Positions 48,124 to 55,693 of a stretch of DNA of 64,000 nt are shown here, in pieces. The notes beneath the pieces are model-generated. The model saw only the letters and a program-made list of their open reading frames with translations, did not search any database and had not been told where the DNA came from. This stretch comes from a virus (Duplodnaviria; Caudoviricetes), in IMG/VR virus record IMGVR_UViG_3300037477_000009, positions 11,514 through 75,513 of that record; one strand, 5' to 3'. Every line of letters begins with the position of its first letter. The first letter of the stretch is position 1. The translations under genes were made by a program, and so were the position numbers.

Positions 48124-48993
48124 ATGGACTTAACTATTTTTTCATTTGGCGCAGGGCAAGAATCAACTTACCTGTTGCATAAGCTGGTCAGCGATCCAGC
48201 GTTCAGAGCCAAGCACATCAAAGGCCACTTGCTGGTTGTAGGATCAGACACTGGCGATGAGCATCCGCATACTTATCAGAATGTGGAGAAGCTAAAGTTG
48301 TTCTGCAAGTACAACGATGTTGAATTCTATTGGGTAACTCCTGACATGGGATATCACACGAACACATGGCAGAGTCTCACTGGTCAGTACAAACGCAACA
48401 GTTCAATTGGCTCTGCTGCATTCAAACAGACTTGCACTGATAACCTGAAGGTGAAAGTGGTTGACAACTTTGTTGAAGGCTGGTTGAAGAAACAACTTGG
48501 CAAGCCTGATGCAAAGCGTAAGACGATCTTCAAAGGGATCACTGACATCAGGCTCATACTTGGATTTGCGAAAGGTGAGGAATCAAGGACAACCAGTGGC
48601 AACAAATTTGATGCAGTGTGGAAGAAGAAGTCAATGGTGCGTTACTTCCCACTCATTGAAGATGGGATCACTCGTCAGGATTGTATTGACTACAATACGA
48701 TCAACATCCCATACACTGTGTGGCCATCCAATTGTATGCGCTGTTTCTATCAGGCAGATCAGGAAGTGTTGTGGTTGCACAGAAACTTTCCTGAGAAGTT
48801 CCTTGAGTGGTACACGATGGAGCAAGCGAAGCTGACCAAGTACGCTGGTGCTGATAAGAACTATGGAGTGTATGGCAAGGTCTTACTGATGCAGAAGCTG
48901 GAGAAGGCCACTGATCTGTATGGTCACTGGAGTGATGAGCAACTTGATGAATACAAGTTCTCACATGGCCACTGTATAAAGTCAAAATATTGA
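48124..48993 (+). CDS. Second PAPS-reductase-like PP-loop (ANH) protein
   Basis: FSFGAGQES, SDTGDEHPHTY, CTDNLKV, GFAKGEESR, FPLIEDGITRQDC, SNCMRCFY. Confidence 0.75.
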   Translation: MDLTIFSFGAGQESTYLLHKLVSDPAFRAKHIKGHLLVVGSDTGDEHPHTYQNVEKLKLFCKYNDVEFYWVTPDMGYHTNTWQSLTGQYKRNSSIGSAAFKQTCTDNLKVKVVDNFVEGWLKKQLGKPDAKRKTIFKGITDIRLILGFAKGEESRTTSGNKFDAVWKKKSMVRYFPLIEDGITRQDCIDYNTINIPYTVWPSNCMRCFYQADQEVLWLHRNFPEKFLEWYTMEQAKLTKYAGADKNYGVYGKVLLMQKLEKATDLYGHWSDEQLDEYKFSHGHCIKSKY

Positions 48994-49016
48994 TCACTAT
49001 AAAAACTAAAAGACAA

Positions 49017-49301
49017 ATGACAAAGCGAATTCCCATCCCAAGAGTTGATCTTAAAAGAAAGCTGGTCTGCGTATACTCTACGCAGCTTTCCATGTTTGAG
49101 GTTTGCCAGATGACAAACAAAGGCACAGTCTCAAAGATGTTCAAGCCACAGGTTGCATTCACTGATGACGTACACAAAGCCTTCAAGCGATTCACTGTGC
49201 CATTCGCACGTTTCAGAATCGTGGCTGGAGTGAAGCGTGATCAGTGTAAGACATGGAATGAATGGATCGAAAGAGTATGGCAAAAAGCAAATCAGAAATA
49301 G
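49017..49301 (+). CDS. Hypothetical protein
   Basis: Start reassigned to MTKRIP. Confidence 0.55.
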   Translation: MTKRIPIPRVDLKRKLVCVYSTQLSMFEVCQMTNKGTVSKMFKPQVAFTDDVHKAFKRFTVPFARFRIVAGVKRDQCKTWNEWIERVWQKANQK

Positions 49302-49327
49302 TATTTTTAAATTTTAAAACTATACAA

Positions 49328-49600
49328 ATGGCAGCGAAACATTATCAGCTTCTTTCACTTCCACAGATCACTTCAGCTAATATCGATAAGAGGGTTGCAG
49401 ACAAGCAAGAAGAAATCAGGTTGAAGTTACCGGACATCTTCACCCATTTACCATACGCTGAAGAAGTAGGCAAGGATTTGCTTTACTTAGTGGCATTAGA
49501 AAATGCAAGGACACTAATGAACACAATTGATTACAGAAATTATGAGAAGGCAGGTAAGCCAGTGGATTACGAAACCTGGCTACAACAGAATGCTGAATGA
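49328..49600 (+). CDS. Hypothetical protein
   Basis: Start MAAKHY after AAACTATACA leader. Confidence 0.6.
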   Translation: MAAKHYQLLSLPQITSANIDKRVADKQEEIRLKLPDIFTHLPYAEEVGKDLLYLVALENARTLMNTIDYRNYEKAGKPVDYETWLQQNAE

Positions 49601-49610
49601 TCACAGGAGT

Positions 49611-49651
49611 GGCTGCGAATTAACTTGTCGTGGGTTTCGATACCGACAGCC
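49611..49651 (+). ncRNA. tRNA-like T-loop element 8
   Basis: GGCTG/CAGCC; CGA..TCG arm; GGT-TTCGAT-ACC. Confidence 0.7.
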
Positions 49652-49687
49652 GTCTAAATATTTAATCACAAAAAAACAAATGACAAA

Positions 49688-49912
49688 ATGGAAAAAGAAA
49701 AGAAAGTCTCAGTAGGGCAACAGTTGGTTATTAACCACACTGACAAAGCGATCCTTGCGTATGAAGCATGGAGAAGAGCCACACAGATAGAGTGGTCGCA
49801 TAAGTACCAGTGCTATAAAAGATTTTTCGGTAAAGCGTTTACCAAAAATCCAAAGACACCACAACAATTGTATAACATCTACAAAAAAGAAAGCAATGGC
49901 AAAATCAGTTAA
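49688..49912 (+). CDS. Hypothetical protein
   Basis: 74 aa. Confidence 0.6.
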   Translation: MEKEKKVSVGQQLVINHTDKAILAYEAWRRATQIEWSHKYQCYKRFFGKAFTKNPKTPQQLYNIYKKESNGKIS

Positions 49913-50195
49913 AGGTCTTGAGGACTATGGAATAAAAAATCTTGAAGATTTTCTTGACAGGCTGGAGTTATTTATGTTTCATGGCGGCACTGATATCTTA
50001 AACGCTATGAGTAAAACGCACCTAACAGAATATATGTGCAGGAAGTATTTGAATGAAGCTGTTGAAAAAGGATTCTATAAAAAGTCATGGCTGCGTGGTG
50101 ATGCAAATAAAAAGAACACTCCAATGTCAATGCGGTATCTACACAAATATTATTACACTAAAATTAAAGACCATGCAACCGATCAGGGAACTTAA
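49896..50195 (+). CDS. Hypothetical protein, possible winged-HTH
   Basis: 99 aa. Confidence 0.55.
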   Translation: MAKSVKGLEDYGIKNLEDFLDRLELFMFHGGTDILNAMSKTHLTEYMCRKYLNEAVEKGFYKKSWLRGDANKKNTPMSMRYLHKYYYTKIKDHATDQGT

Positions 50196-50439
50196 TGAAA
50201 GAGAAAACATCGTTCTTGAATACTGTCAGGAACACGCACAGGATATCATCTGGATATACAAGGTTGTTGAGTATGCAACCGAGCAAGGGATCGCATTAAA
50301 AGAAAGCAAGGCTGGTGCGATCCTGTTGCAGTTCTCCAGATGTGGATGGCTTAACAGGTTACCACGATCATCCAGAGGATGGGGATTAGGATGGGATGTG
50401 CAAGCGTACACTGTCAAGCCTATTGTAATTCCGAAATGA
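50173..50439 (+). CDS. Hypothetical protein, possible winged-HTH
   Basis: Start reassigned to MQPIRE. Confidence 0.55.
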   Translation: MQPIRELNERENIVLEYCQEHAQDIIWIYKVVEYATEQGIALKESKAGAILLQFSRCGWLNRLPRSSRGWGLGWDVQAYTVKPIVIPK

Positions 50440-50445
50440 TTCACA

Positions 50446-50487
50446 GGACTGGTTGCTTCAGGCAAGGCATCGAATGCCAGCCAGTCC
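50446..50487 (+). ncRNA. tRNA-like T-loop element 9
   Basis: GGACTGG/CCAGTCC; TTGC-TTCAG-GCAA; GGCA-TCGAA-TGCC. Confidence 0.72.
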
Positions 50488-50519
50488 ACTAATATTTAAT
50501 CACAAAAACTAAAAGACAA

Positions 50520-51035
50520 ATGAACAAAGAAACAAGGGATCGAGTTGCTAAACTGCAAAGCGATCTCAATGTAGCGCACAGGAATCTTGGTAACCTTCAA
50601 GAAGAACTCTTCCTTATCATAGAGGTAGAACGGGAAGCGGAAGCTAGTGACCAAATTTTTGAGATACTACAAAGCGCATCAAAATTAGTTATGAACGCTG
50701 GCACTGACCTTGAGGTATCGGTCAGTGTTCTTGGTGGCATCGTTAATCACCAAGAGCAACCGAAAGTTCTCAAGACATCGTTCAACGATCAAGAGAAGAA
50801 GGAATTGCATGGAGGCTTTCATGGTAATATTCGTTTTGATTTACTCAACGACCAAAACGAAAGAGTGCTATCATGTTACAGAGCAACGATACCAGGTGGC
50901 CTTGATTTTATGAATGCGAAGATGGAAGAACACAAAAGCACATGGTTTACTGTTCATATAATGAAAAAGACTGGCGGTAAGTTCAGGTCTGTTGCTCATT
51001 TAGAAACAGAAGCAGGTACAATATTCCAACATTAA
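50520..51035 (+). CDS. Hypothetical protein (coiled-coil N-terminus)
   Basis: 171 aa. Confidence 0.65.
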   Translation: MNKETRDRVAKLQSDLNVAHRNLGNLQEELFLIIEVEREAEASDQIFEILQSASKLVMNAGTDLEVSVSVLGGIVNHQEQPKVLKTSFNDQEKKELHGGFHGNIRFDLLNDQNERVLSCYRATIPGGLDFMNAKMEEHKSTWFTVHIMKKTGGKFRSVAHLETEAGTIFQH

Positions 51036-51046
51036 AAAAACATACA

Positions 51047-51394
51047 ATGAAAAAAGAATTCAAGTATGAGGCCATCATGTATTTCACTGGCAAGCGGAAG
51101 TCCTTCACTGATTATATCGACATCTTTGCAGCCAATGATTCAGTAGCACTCGCAACGGCTACTGAATACCTGTTAGAGACAGAAGGTGCAAGTGCTATTC
51201 ACTTCCGTAAGGTCGGCAACAAGAAATGGAGAGCCGTTAACCAAAGTGAAGTGATGTCGCATGACTTCAGAGACATGAAGTATTACATCGATTACGTTAC
51301 CGAATGCATCGAAAACAGGAGAAAGCCAATGACGTTTGAGAAGTACAATGGATTACTCGATGGTGAGAATTGCATAATGGGTACTATCATGTAA
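51047..51394 (+). CDS. Hypothetical protein
   Basis: 115 aa. Confidence 0.65.
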   Translation: MKKEFKYEAIMYFTGKRKSFTDYIDIFAANDSVALATATEYLLETEGASAIHFRKVGNKKWRAVNQSEVMSHDFRDMKYYIDYVTECIENRRKPMTFEKYNGLLDGENCIMGTIM

Positions 51395-51396
51395 CC

Positions 51397-51438
51397 GGAA
51401 GTGAAGTGGTGCGCTGAGTTCGATTCTCAGCCACTTCC
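51397..51438 (+). ncRNA. tRNA-like element 10 (acceptor + T-arm minihelix)
   Basis: GAAGTGG/CCACTTC 7-bp stem, 4-nt linker, CTGAG-TTCGATT-CTCAG canonical T-arm. Confidence 0.72.
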
Positions 51439-51463
51439 CAAGAATTCTATATCTTAGTGACTA

Positions 51464-52372
51464 ATGAGATCGAAGTCACTTAACCTACCAAAGCGAATTG
51501 CAATCGCAAGAAAATTCCTTAAAGGATCGTCAGTCAGAGAACTTGCAAAAGAATACAGCCTGGCTGAACAAACCATTGCTGGCTACTTGCGCAATCACAT
51601 TGATAAAAACGGAAGAGTGATCTCTGCGCCACCAGCGATGTCGAAGGAATTGCAGCTACCAGGTGAAAAGTGGAAGGTAGTACCAGTGCCATCCAAGAAC
51701 AAGATAGAAGCCAGTAATCTTGGCCGTATCAAGAGCCACGCATATGGTAGGGAGAGGATACTTGATGGCAATATAAAGTTCGGTTACAGATCGATCTGCT
51801 ACCGAGTAAAGAATAATAAACGAAGAGATGAACTAAGCCATATGCTTGTTGCAAAAGCCTGGCTTGAGCCAAGACCATCAACAAGGCACGTTATCGTTCA
51901 TCTGGATCACAACAGGTGGGATAACAGTCCAGCGAATCTGAAGTGGATGATCAAGCGTGATGCACAACGTCACGCACGACATTCGCCTTACATGGAGATA
52001 CTACGCAAACGTGCAAGAGCGATGCCTACCGAACAGGCGAACAAAGCCAGGTATGGTAAGCTGTCTCGTAAGGAGGTCATCAGCATCAAGCAGAAGATAC
52101 ACAATGGCAGAAGGATAATTGATATCGCAAAGGAATACGGGATCGCAGAGATGACTGTATCACGCATTCATCGGGGTATCATATGGGCAGATGTTCTTCC
52201 GCAATTAACCAGGAAGAAAAAGGAGTTGAAAATAGTGCCAGTGGAAACAAGGATCAAGATCATCAATGCACTTCGTGCTGGTATGCAGGGAAAGGTAGCT
52301 GCTGCACTGTATGGCTTCGATCCTACCACCATCTCCCGTATTAAAAAATCGTTACAACATGGAAACGATTAA
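51464..52372 (+). CDS. NUMOD4/HNH homing-endonuclease-like protein with several HTH repeats
   Basis: EKWKVVP...EASNLGRIKS (NUMOD4), HMLVAKAW...HLDHNRWDNSPANLKW (HNH), HTH repeats. Confidence 0.8.
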   Translation: MRSKSLNLPKRIAIARKFLKGSSVRELAKEYSLAEQTIAGYLRNHIDKNGRVISAPPAMSKELQLPGEKWKVVPVPSKNKIEASNLGRIKSHAYGRERILDGNIKFGYRSICYRVKNNKRRDELSHMLVAKAWLEPRPSTRHVIVHLDHNRWDNSPANLKWMIKRDAQRHARHSPYMEILRKRARAMPTEQANKARYGKLSRKEVISIKQKIHNGRRIIDIAKEYGIAEMTVSRIHRGIIWADVLPQLTRKKKELKIVPVETRIKIINALRAGMQGKVAAALYGFDPTTISRIKKSLQHGND

Positions 52373-52658
52373 GCTGCCAGAATTCATCAGTACCTTTGTT
52401 GCTGGCAGACAACTATTGATACGCACCACCAATCCGCATTTAATCGGTGAGGTGGTGCAGTATCAAAGCACAGATCAGATGTTACAGGCAGTTGGCTTAC
52501 TCAATGTAGATCATGTTCCCTACTTCATAAACACAAAGAGAAACGTGGCGATCATATTTGTAGGCGCAATGGGCAAGGTACAGATCACACCAGGCTTCCA
52601 ACAACAGATCAGAGAGGTCATCTTTACGATGGCCGATTACTATTTAAAAAATTTTTGA
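52359..52658 (+). CDS. Hypothetical protein
   Basis: Start reassigned to METIKL. Confidence 0.6.
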   Translation: METIKLPEFISTFVAGRQLLIRTTNPHLIGEVVQYQSTDQMLQAVGLLNVDHVPYFINTKRNVAIIFVGAMGKVQITPGFQQQIREVIFTMADYYLKNF

Positions 52659-52678
52659 TAACCCATAAAATAAGTACA

Positions 52679-52894
52679 ATGAAAAAACAGGACTTAGTGA
52701 AATCGGTATGCGCTGCCGTAAAAGAATTGCGCATCAGCAAAGATGTATCTCAGGTTGCGCTGGCTGAGAAGTCAGGAGTGGATCGCTCTTATATCATTCG
52801 CCTGGAAACAGGCACTGCAAACAATCCTTCTATTAAGCAGATCGAGAAATTGGTGAAGGCACTTGGTGGGAAGATCGTGATCACGATCTCCTGA
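52679..52894 (+). CDS. XRE-family HTH regulator
   Basis: VKELRISKDVSQVALAEKSGVDRSYIIRLETG..NPSIKQIEKLVKALG. Confidence 0.9.
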   Translation: MKKQDLVKSVCAAVKELRISKDVSQVALAEKSGVDRSYIIRLETGTANNPSIKQIEKLVKALGGKIVITIS

Positions 52895-53306
52895 TCATAG
52901 CCATGTTCCTTCTTACCAGTTCATTCTTCATCCACACTCTTTGCGCCAGGTCTTGGCGATTATAATTCCACAATTGATTACTGATCTTCTCTGCTGCCTC
53001 ACGCATCTTGATGCGATAGGTCGCTGACATTCGTCTGTAGTAAGGTAGATCGATGCGAAGGTAGTTGCAGATATCTTTCTCTCGGAAGCCAGTGGTTTCA
53101 GCCAGGCCAATAAAAACAATGACAGCAGTATCTGCACTGCACTCGATCTCAGGGTTGCAGTGGAACTTTCGTTGCATGGGTTTGTTCCATACAAACTGTC
53201 CTTTCAATGCACTTTCTATATCGCACAATTCCATAGTAGGATGACACTGGATTACGCTCTGAGGATACAATTGATATCCCAAATTAAGAATTTTTTTTAT
53301 CTTCAT
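52881..53306 (-). CDS. Hypothetical protein (DnaA C-terminal-like HTH possible)
   Basis: 141 aa; lone minus-strand gene. Confidence 0.5.
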   Translation of the reverse strand: MKIKKILNLGYQLYPQSVIQCHPTMELCDIESALKGQFVWNKPMQRKFHCNPEIECSADTAVIVFIGLAETTGFREKDICNYLRIDLPYYRRMSATYRIKMREAAEKISNQLWNYNRQDLAQRVWMKNELVRRNMAMIRRS

Positions 53307-53320
53307 TAAAACATATATAA

Positions 53321-53551
53321 ATGAAACAACACAACGGCCTCACACCAGCCGATCAGAAAATCTGTAAACGATTCCGTAAGACAAGGATCGAGGCAGAACA
53401 AACTCAAGCAATCTTTGCAAAGAAACTCGGAACTAACGTGCCATACATCAAGGCAGTCGAGCAGGAGAAATTTGTACCCAACTTTATGATCATGCGAAAG
53501 TGGTCGAGACTATATGACAAGGATTATAGCTGGATCATCGATGGCAAATAA
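53321..53551 (+). CDS. XRE-family HTH regulator
   Basis: FRKTRIEAEQTQAIFAKKLGTNVPYIKAVEQEKFVP. Confidence 0.8.
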   Translation: MKQHNGLTPADQKICKRFRKTRIEAEQTQAIFAKKLGTNVPYIKAVEQEKFVPNFMIMRKWSRLYDKDYSWIIDGK

Positions 53552-53563
53552 AACTGAGAATTC

Positions 53564-53595
53564 TTTGGAATTTCCGAGAAGTCGTTTATCTTAGG
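53564..53595 (+). promoter_or_regulatory. Bacteroidota sigma-type promoter
   Basis: TTTG-N19-TATCTTAG upstream of the 53631 paralog trio. Confidence 0.55.
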
Positions 53596-53630
53596 AGTAA
53601 TTTTATTTTCTAATTAAAAACTATACAGTT

Positions 53631-53915
53631 ATGGCAAAGTCAACAAAGCAAAATGGAGTATCGAATTCTCCATACAAAATCGAAGCAGGTATTGAAATAA
53701 CGGGTGCTTCCCGAAACCCTGATAGTTGGAAGCGATATCCATTCGGTGATATGAAAGTTGGCGATTCATTCGCTATACCCGAAAACGATGAACATGGTGC
53801 GCCACATCGTATTGCACACGCAGCAGCTATCTACAACCAACTCTTCAAGACCAAGATGCACTTTACATCAAGGAAGCAAGCAGATGGCTCACGCAGATAT
53901 TGGAGAGATCAATAA
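53631..53915 (+). CDS. YPFxxMxVGDSF-family small phage protein, paralog 1
   Basis: YPFGDMKVGDSFAIP...FTSRKQADGSRRYWR. Confidence 0.75.
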   Translation: MAKSTKQNGVSNSPYKIEAGIEITGASRNPDSWKRYPFGDMKVGDSFAIPENDEHGAPHRIAHAAAIYNQLFKTKMHFTSRKQADGSRRYWRDQ

Positions 53916-53940
53916 TTAATAAATTAAAAAACTACTAATT

Positions 53941-54225
53941 ATGGCAACTCCAAAATCAGACAACGGACAAAGCATTTCACCTTACAAGATAGAAAGAAAT
54001 ATTCCAGTACAAGGCAGAGCAAGAAATTCGGAAGCATGGAAACGATACCCATTAGAGAAGATGAAAATCGGTGATTCATTCTTGATGAAAGAAAGCGATC
54101 CGAATGCTAAACCACACTTGGTACAACCAGCAGTCAAAAATTACAACAGAGTATTTGGTACTAAGATAGAATGTGTATCAAGGTTGCAGCCTGATGGTGG
54201 TCGCAGAGTTTGGCGAATCAAATAA
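53941..54225 (+). CDS. Same family, paralog 2
   Basis: YPLEKMKIGDSFLMK...SRLQPDGGRRVWRIK. Confidence 0.75.
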   Translation: MATPKSDNGQSISPYKIERNIPVQGRARNSEAWKRYPLEKMKIGDSFLMKESDPNAKPHLVQPAVKNYNRVFGTKIECVSRLQPDGGRRVWRIK

Positions 54226-54248
54226 TCATTCACTTAAAACCTTAACCC

Positions 54249-54494
54249 ATGTATAAAGTAGATAAACCAGCGAATGTAGTAGCAAGCAAGTGGCAGTTAG
54301 AAACGAAACAATTTCCATTTGGAAATTTAACGAAGCCAGGCGATCTCTTTATTATCCCATTCACAAGTGTGTTTGCAAAAGAGCCTCATCAGATTTACCA
54401 GTCGGCCAATGAGTATGCAAGGCTGCGACCAGGCTTTCATATATCAACGGCACTTGATAGCATTGGTAACAGGATCGTGAGGCGATTAAAGTAA
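54249..54494 (+). CDS. Same family, paralog 3 (more divergent)
   Basis: FPFGNLTKPGDLFIIP...GNRIVRRLK. Confidence 0.65.
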   Translation: MYKVDKPANVVASKWQLETKQFPFGNLTKPGDLFIIPFTSVFAKEPHQIYQSANEYARLRPGFHISTALDSIGNRIVRRLK

Positions 54495-54517
54495 TTCGCT
54501 TACATTTGAGCATTGAA

Positions 54518-54805
54518 TCACATTGTGATTTGCTTTTTAAGCTGTCGTTTAAGTACGGCAGCTTTTCTTTTTTCCATGATCTCAGGATTGATCATGTACT
54601 CATTGCCTACACGAATAACAATTCCCTTTTGGTGCAGATGATGCAGCACCTTACTTCTTACATTGGTTATCGGTGAATGATCAAATGACATCATCCGATA
54701 ACATCTCGTACCAGTGATCTTCATATGAGCCACGATCACTGATCCTTCATGCAGCACCAACAAACGCTTTACGTTATACTGTGCCTTCGTTAGTTTCATG
54801 TTCAT
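54518..54805 (-). CDS. Hypothetical protein, possible winged-HTH
   Basis: Start reassigned to MNMKLT. Confidence 0.55.
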   Translation of the reverse strand: MNMKLTKAQYNVKRLLVLHEGSVIVAHMKITGTRCYRMMSFDHSPITNVRSKVLHHLHQKGIVIRVGNEYMINPEIMEKRKAAVLKRQLKKQITM

Positions 54806-54809
54806 TTGA

Positions 54810-55376
54810 TTAGTTATTGTGGTTAAATAATAAATCATACACCTCAACAAACTTCTTTTTAAGTTCCTTGAATTCTTTCTCCTTGTGGTAATATTTTAAT
54901 TCAGCTATTGGCCTTAGTCTATCTCTGTGTACACACACCCTATCACCATGACCAAAATTTTTATTTACAAGCGAATCGAGAACATCCTTCTTTGATAAAA
55001 ACCCGACAATCTCATAGCTTCTGTCTTTGACAACAACCAGGATATTTATCAAAGCCTTTATCTCTTCTTTAGTGTCATATATCATATACCCATCCCGACC
55101 AGTATATCCACTTGTTTTCACCTGTACAGACCACTCATCAAGATTAAGGTCTTGGATACCCCCATCACCATTTAAACTGACTGATGTGTCCATAGGAATG
55201 CCGAAATACTTAGCTACTGCAAATTCACCAGCTACTCCCAAGTAGTCGGTGAGGTGCTGATTGTTATTCAGTATATGCTGATCCCTATTTGGATTTGCTT
55301 TATCCTTGATCTCGTATCGCTTTCTTGCGAGATCGTTTATCTCTTCAAATTCATCATCTGTAAATATCCCTTTCAC
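54810..55376 (-). CDS. PD-(D/E)XK-like nuclease
   Basis: GVAGEFAVAKYF...GDGGIQDL...VQVKTS. Confidence 0.7.
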   Translation of the reverse strand: MKGIFTDDEFEEINDLARKRYEIKDKANPNRDQHILNNNQHLTDYLGVAGEFAVAKYFGIPMDTSVSLNGDGGIQDLNLDEWSVQVKTSGYTGRDGYMIYDTKEEIKALINILVVVKDRSYEIVGFLSKKDVLDSLVNKNFGHGDRVCVHRDRLRPIAELKYYHKEKEFKELKKKFVEVYDLLFNHNN

Positions 55377-55693
55377 GTCTCCTTTATTTTTATGTTATAC
55401 AATGCCAGCATTAATTTCTTTTTGATGTTGTACACCCTTGTCTTAACTCCTTTCACATCTTCAACAACAAACCCTGATCTGTCCAGGTATGTGAAGTCAG
55501 CGATGTAATTGCAGATGTGTGTACCATGCACATCGAGCGCAAACGATACTTGCAACTTCAGATCACTGATCTTCCCTGCACGTTGCAGCAGCTTCAGCAT
55601 TCCGTATCTATCTGCTTCTTTCTTTGATTGGAACTTGATCCCATCAATGACAGGATGGTACACACCATACTTGCCATACTTTTTCTTCTCCAT
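55373..55693 (-). CDS. DUF1064-family endonuclease (resolvase-like)
   Basis: IDGIKFQSKKEADRY...LKLQVSF...YIADFTY...VVEDVKG. Confidence 0.85.
   Translation of the reverse strand: MEKKKYGKYGVYHPVIDGIKFQSKKEADRYGMLKLLQRAGKISDLKLQVSFALDVHGTHICNYIADFTYLDRSGFVVEDVKGVKTRVYNIKKKLMLALYNIKIKET

Noticed and set aside
44096-51438. Calling the ten elements true tRNA genes or a CRISPR array
   Set aside because: They have no D/anticodon arms and are only 40-61 nt long. The repeats are not identical and are separated by whole genes, not 30-40 nt spacers.
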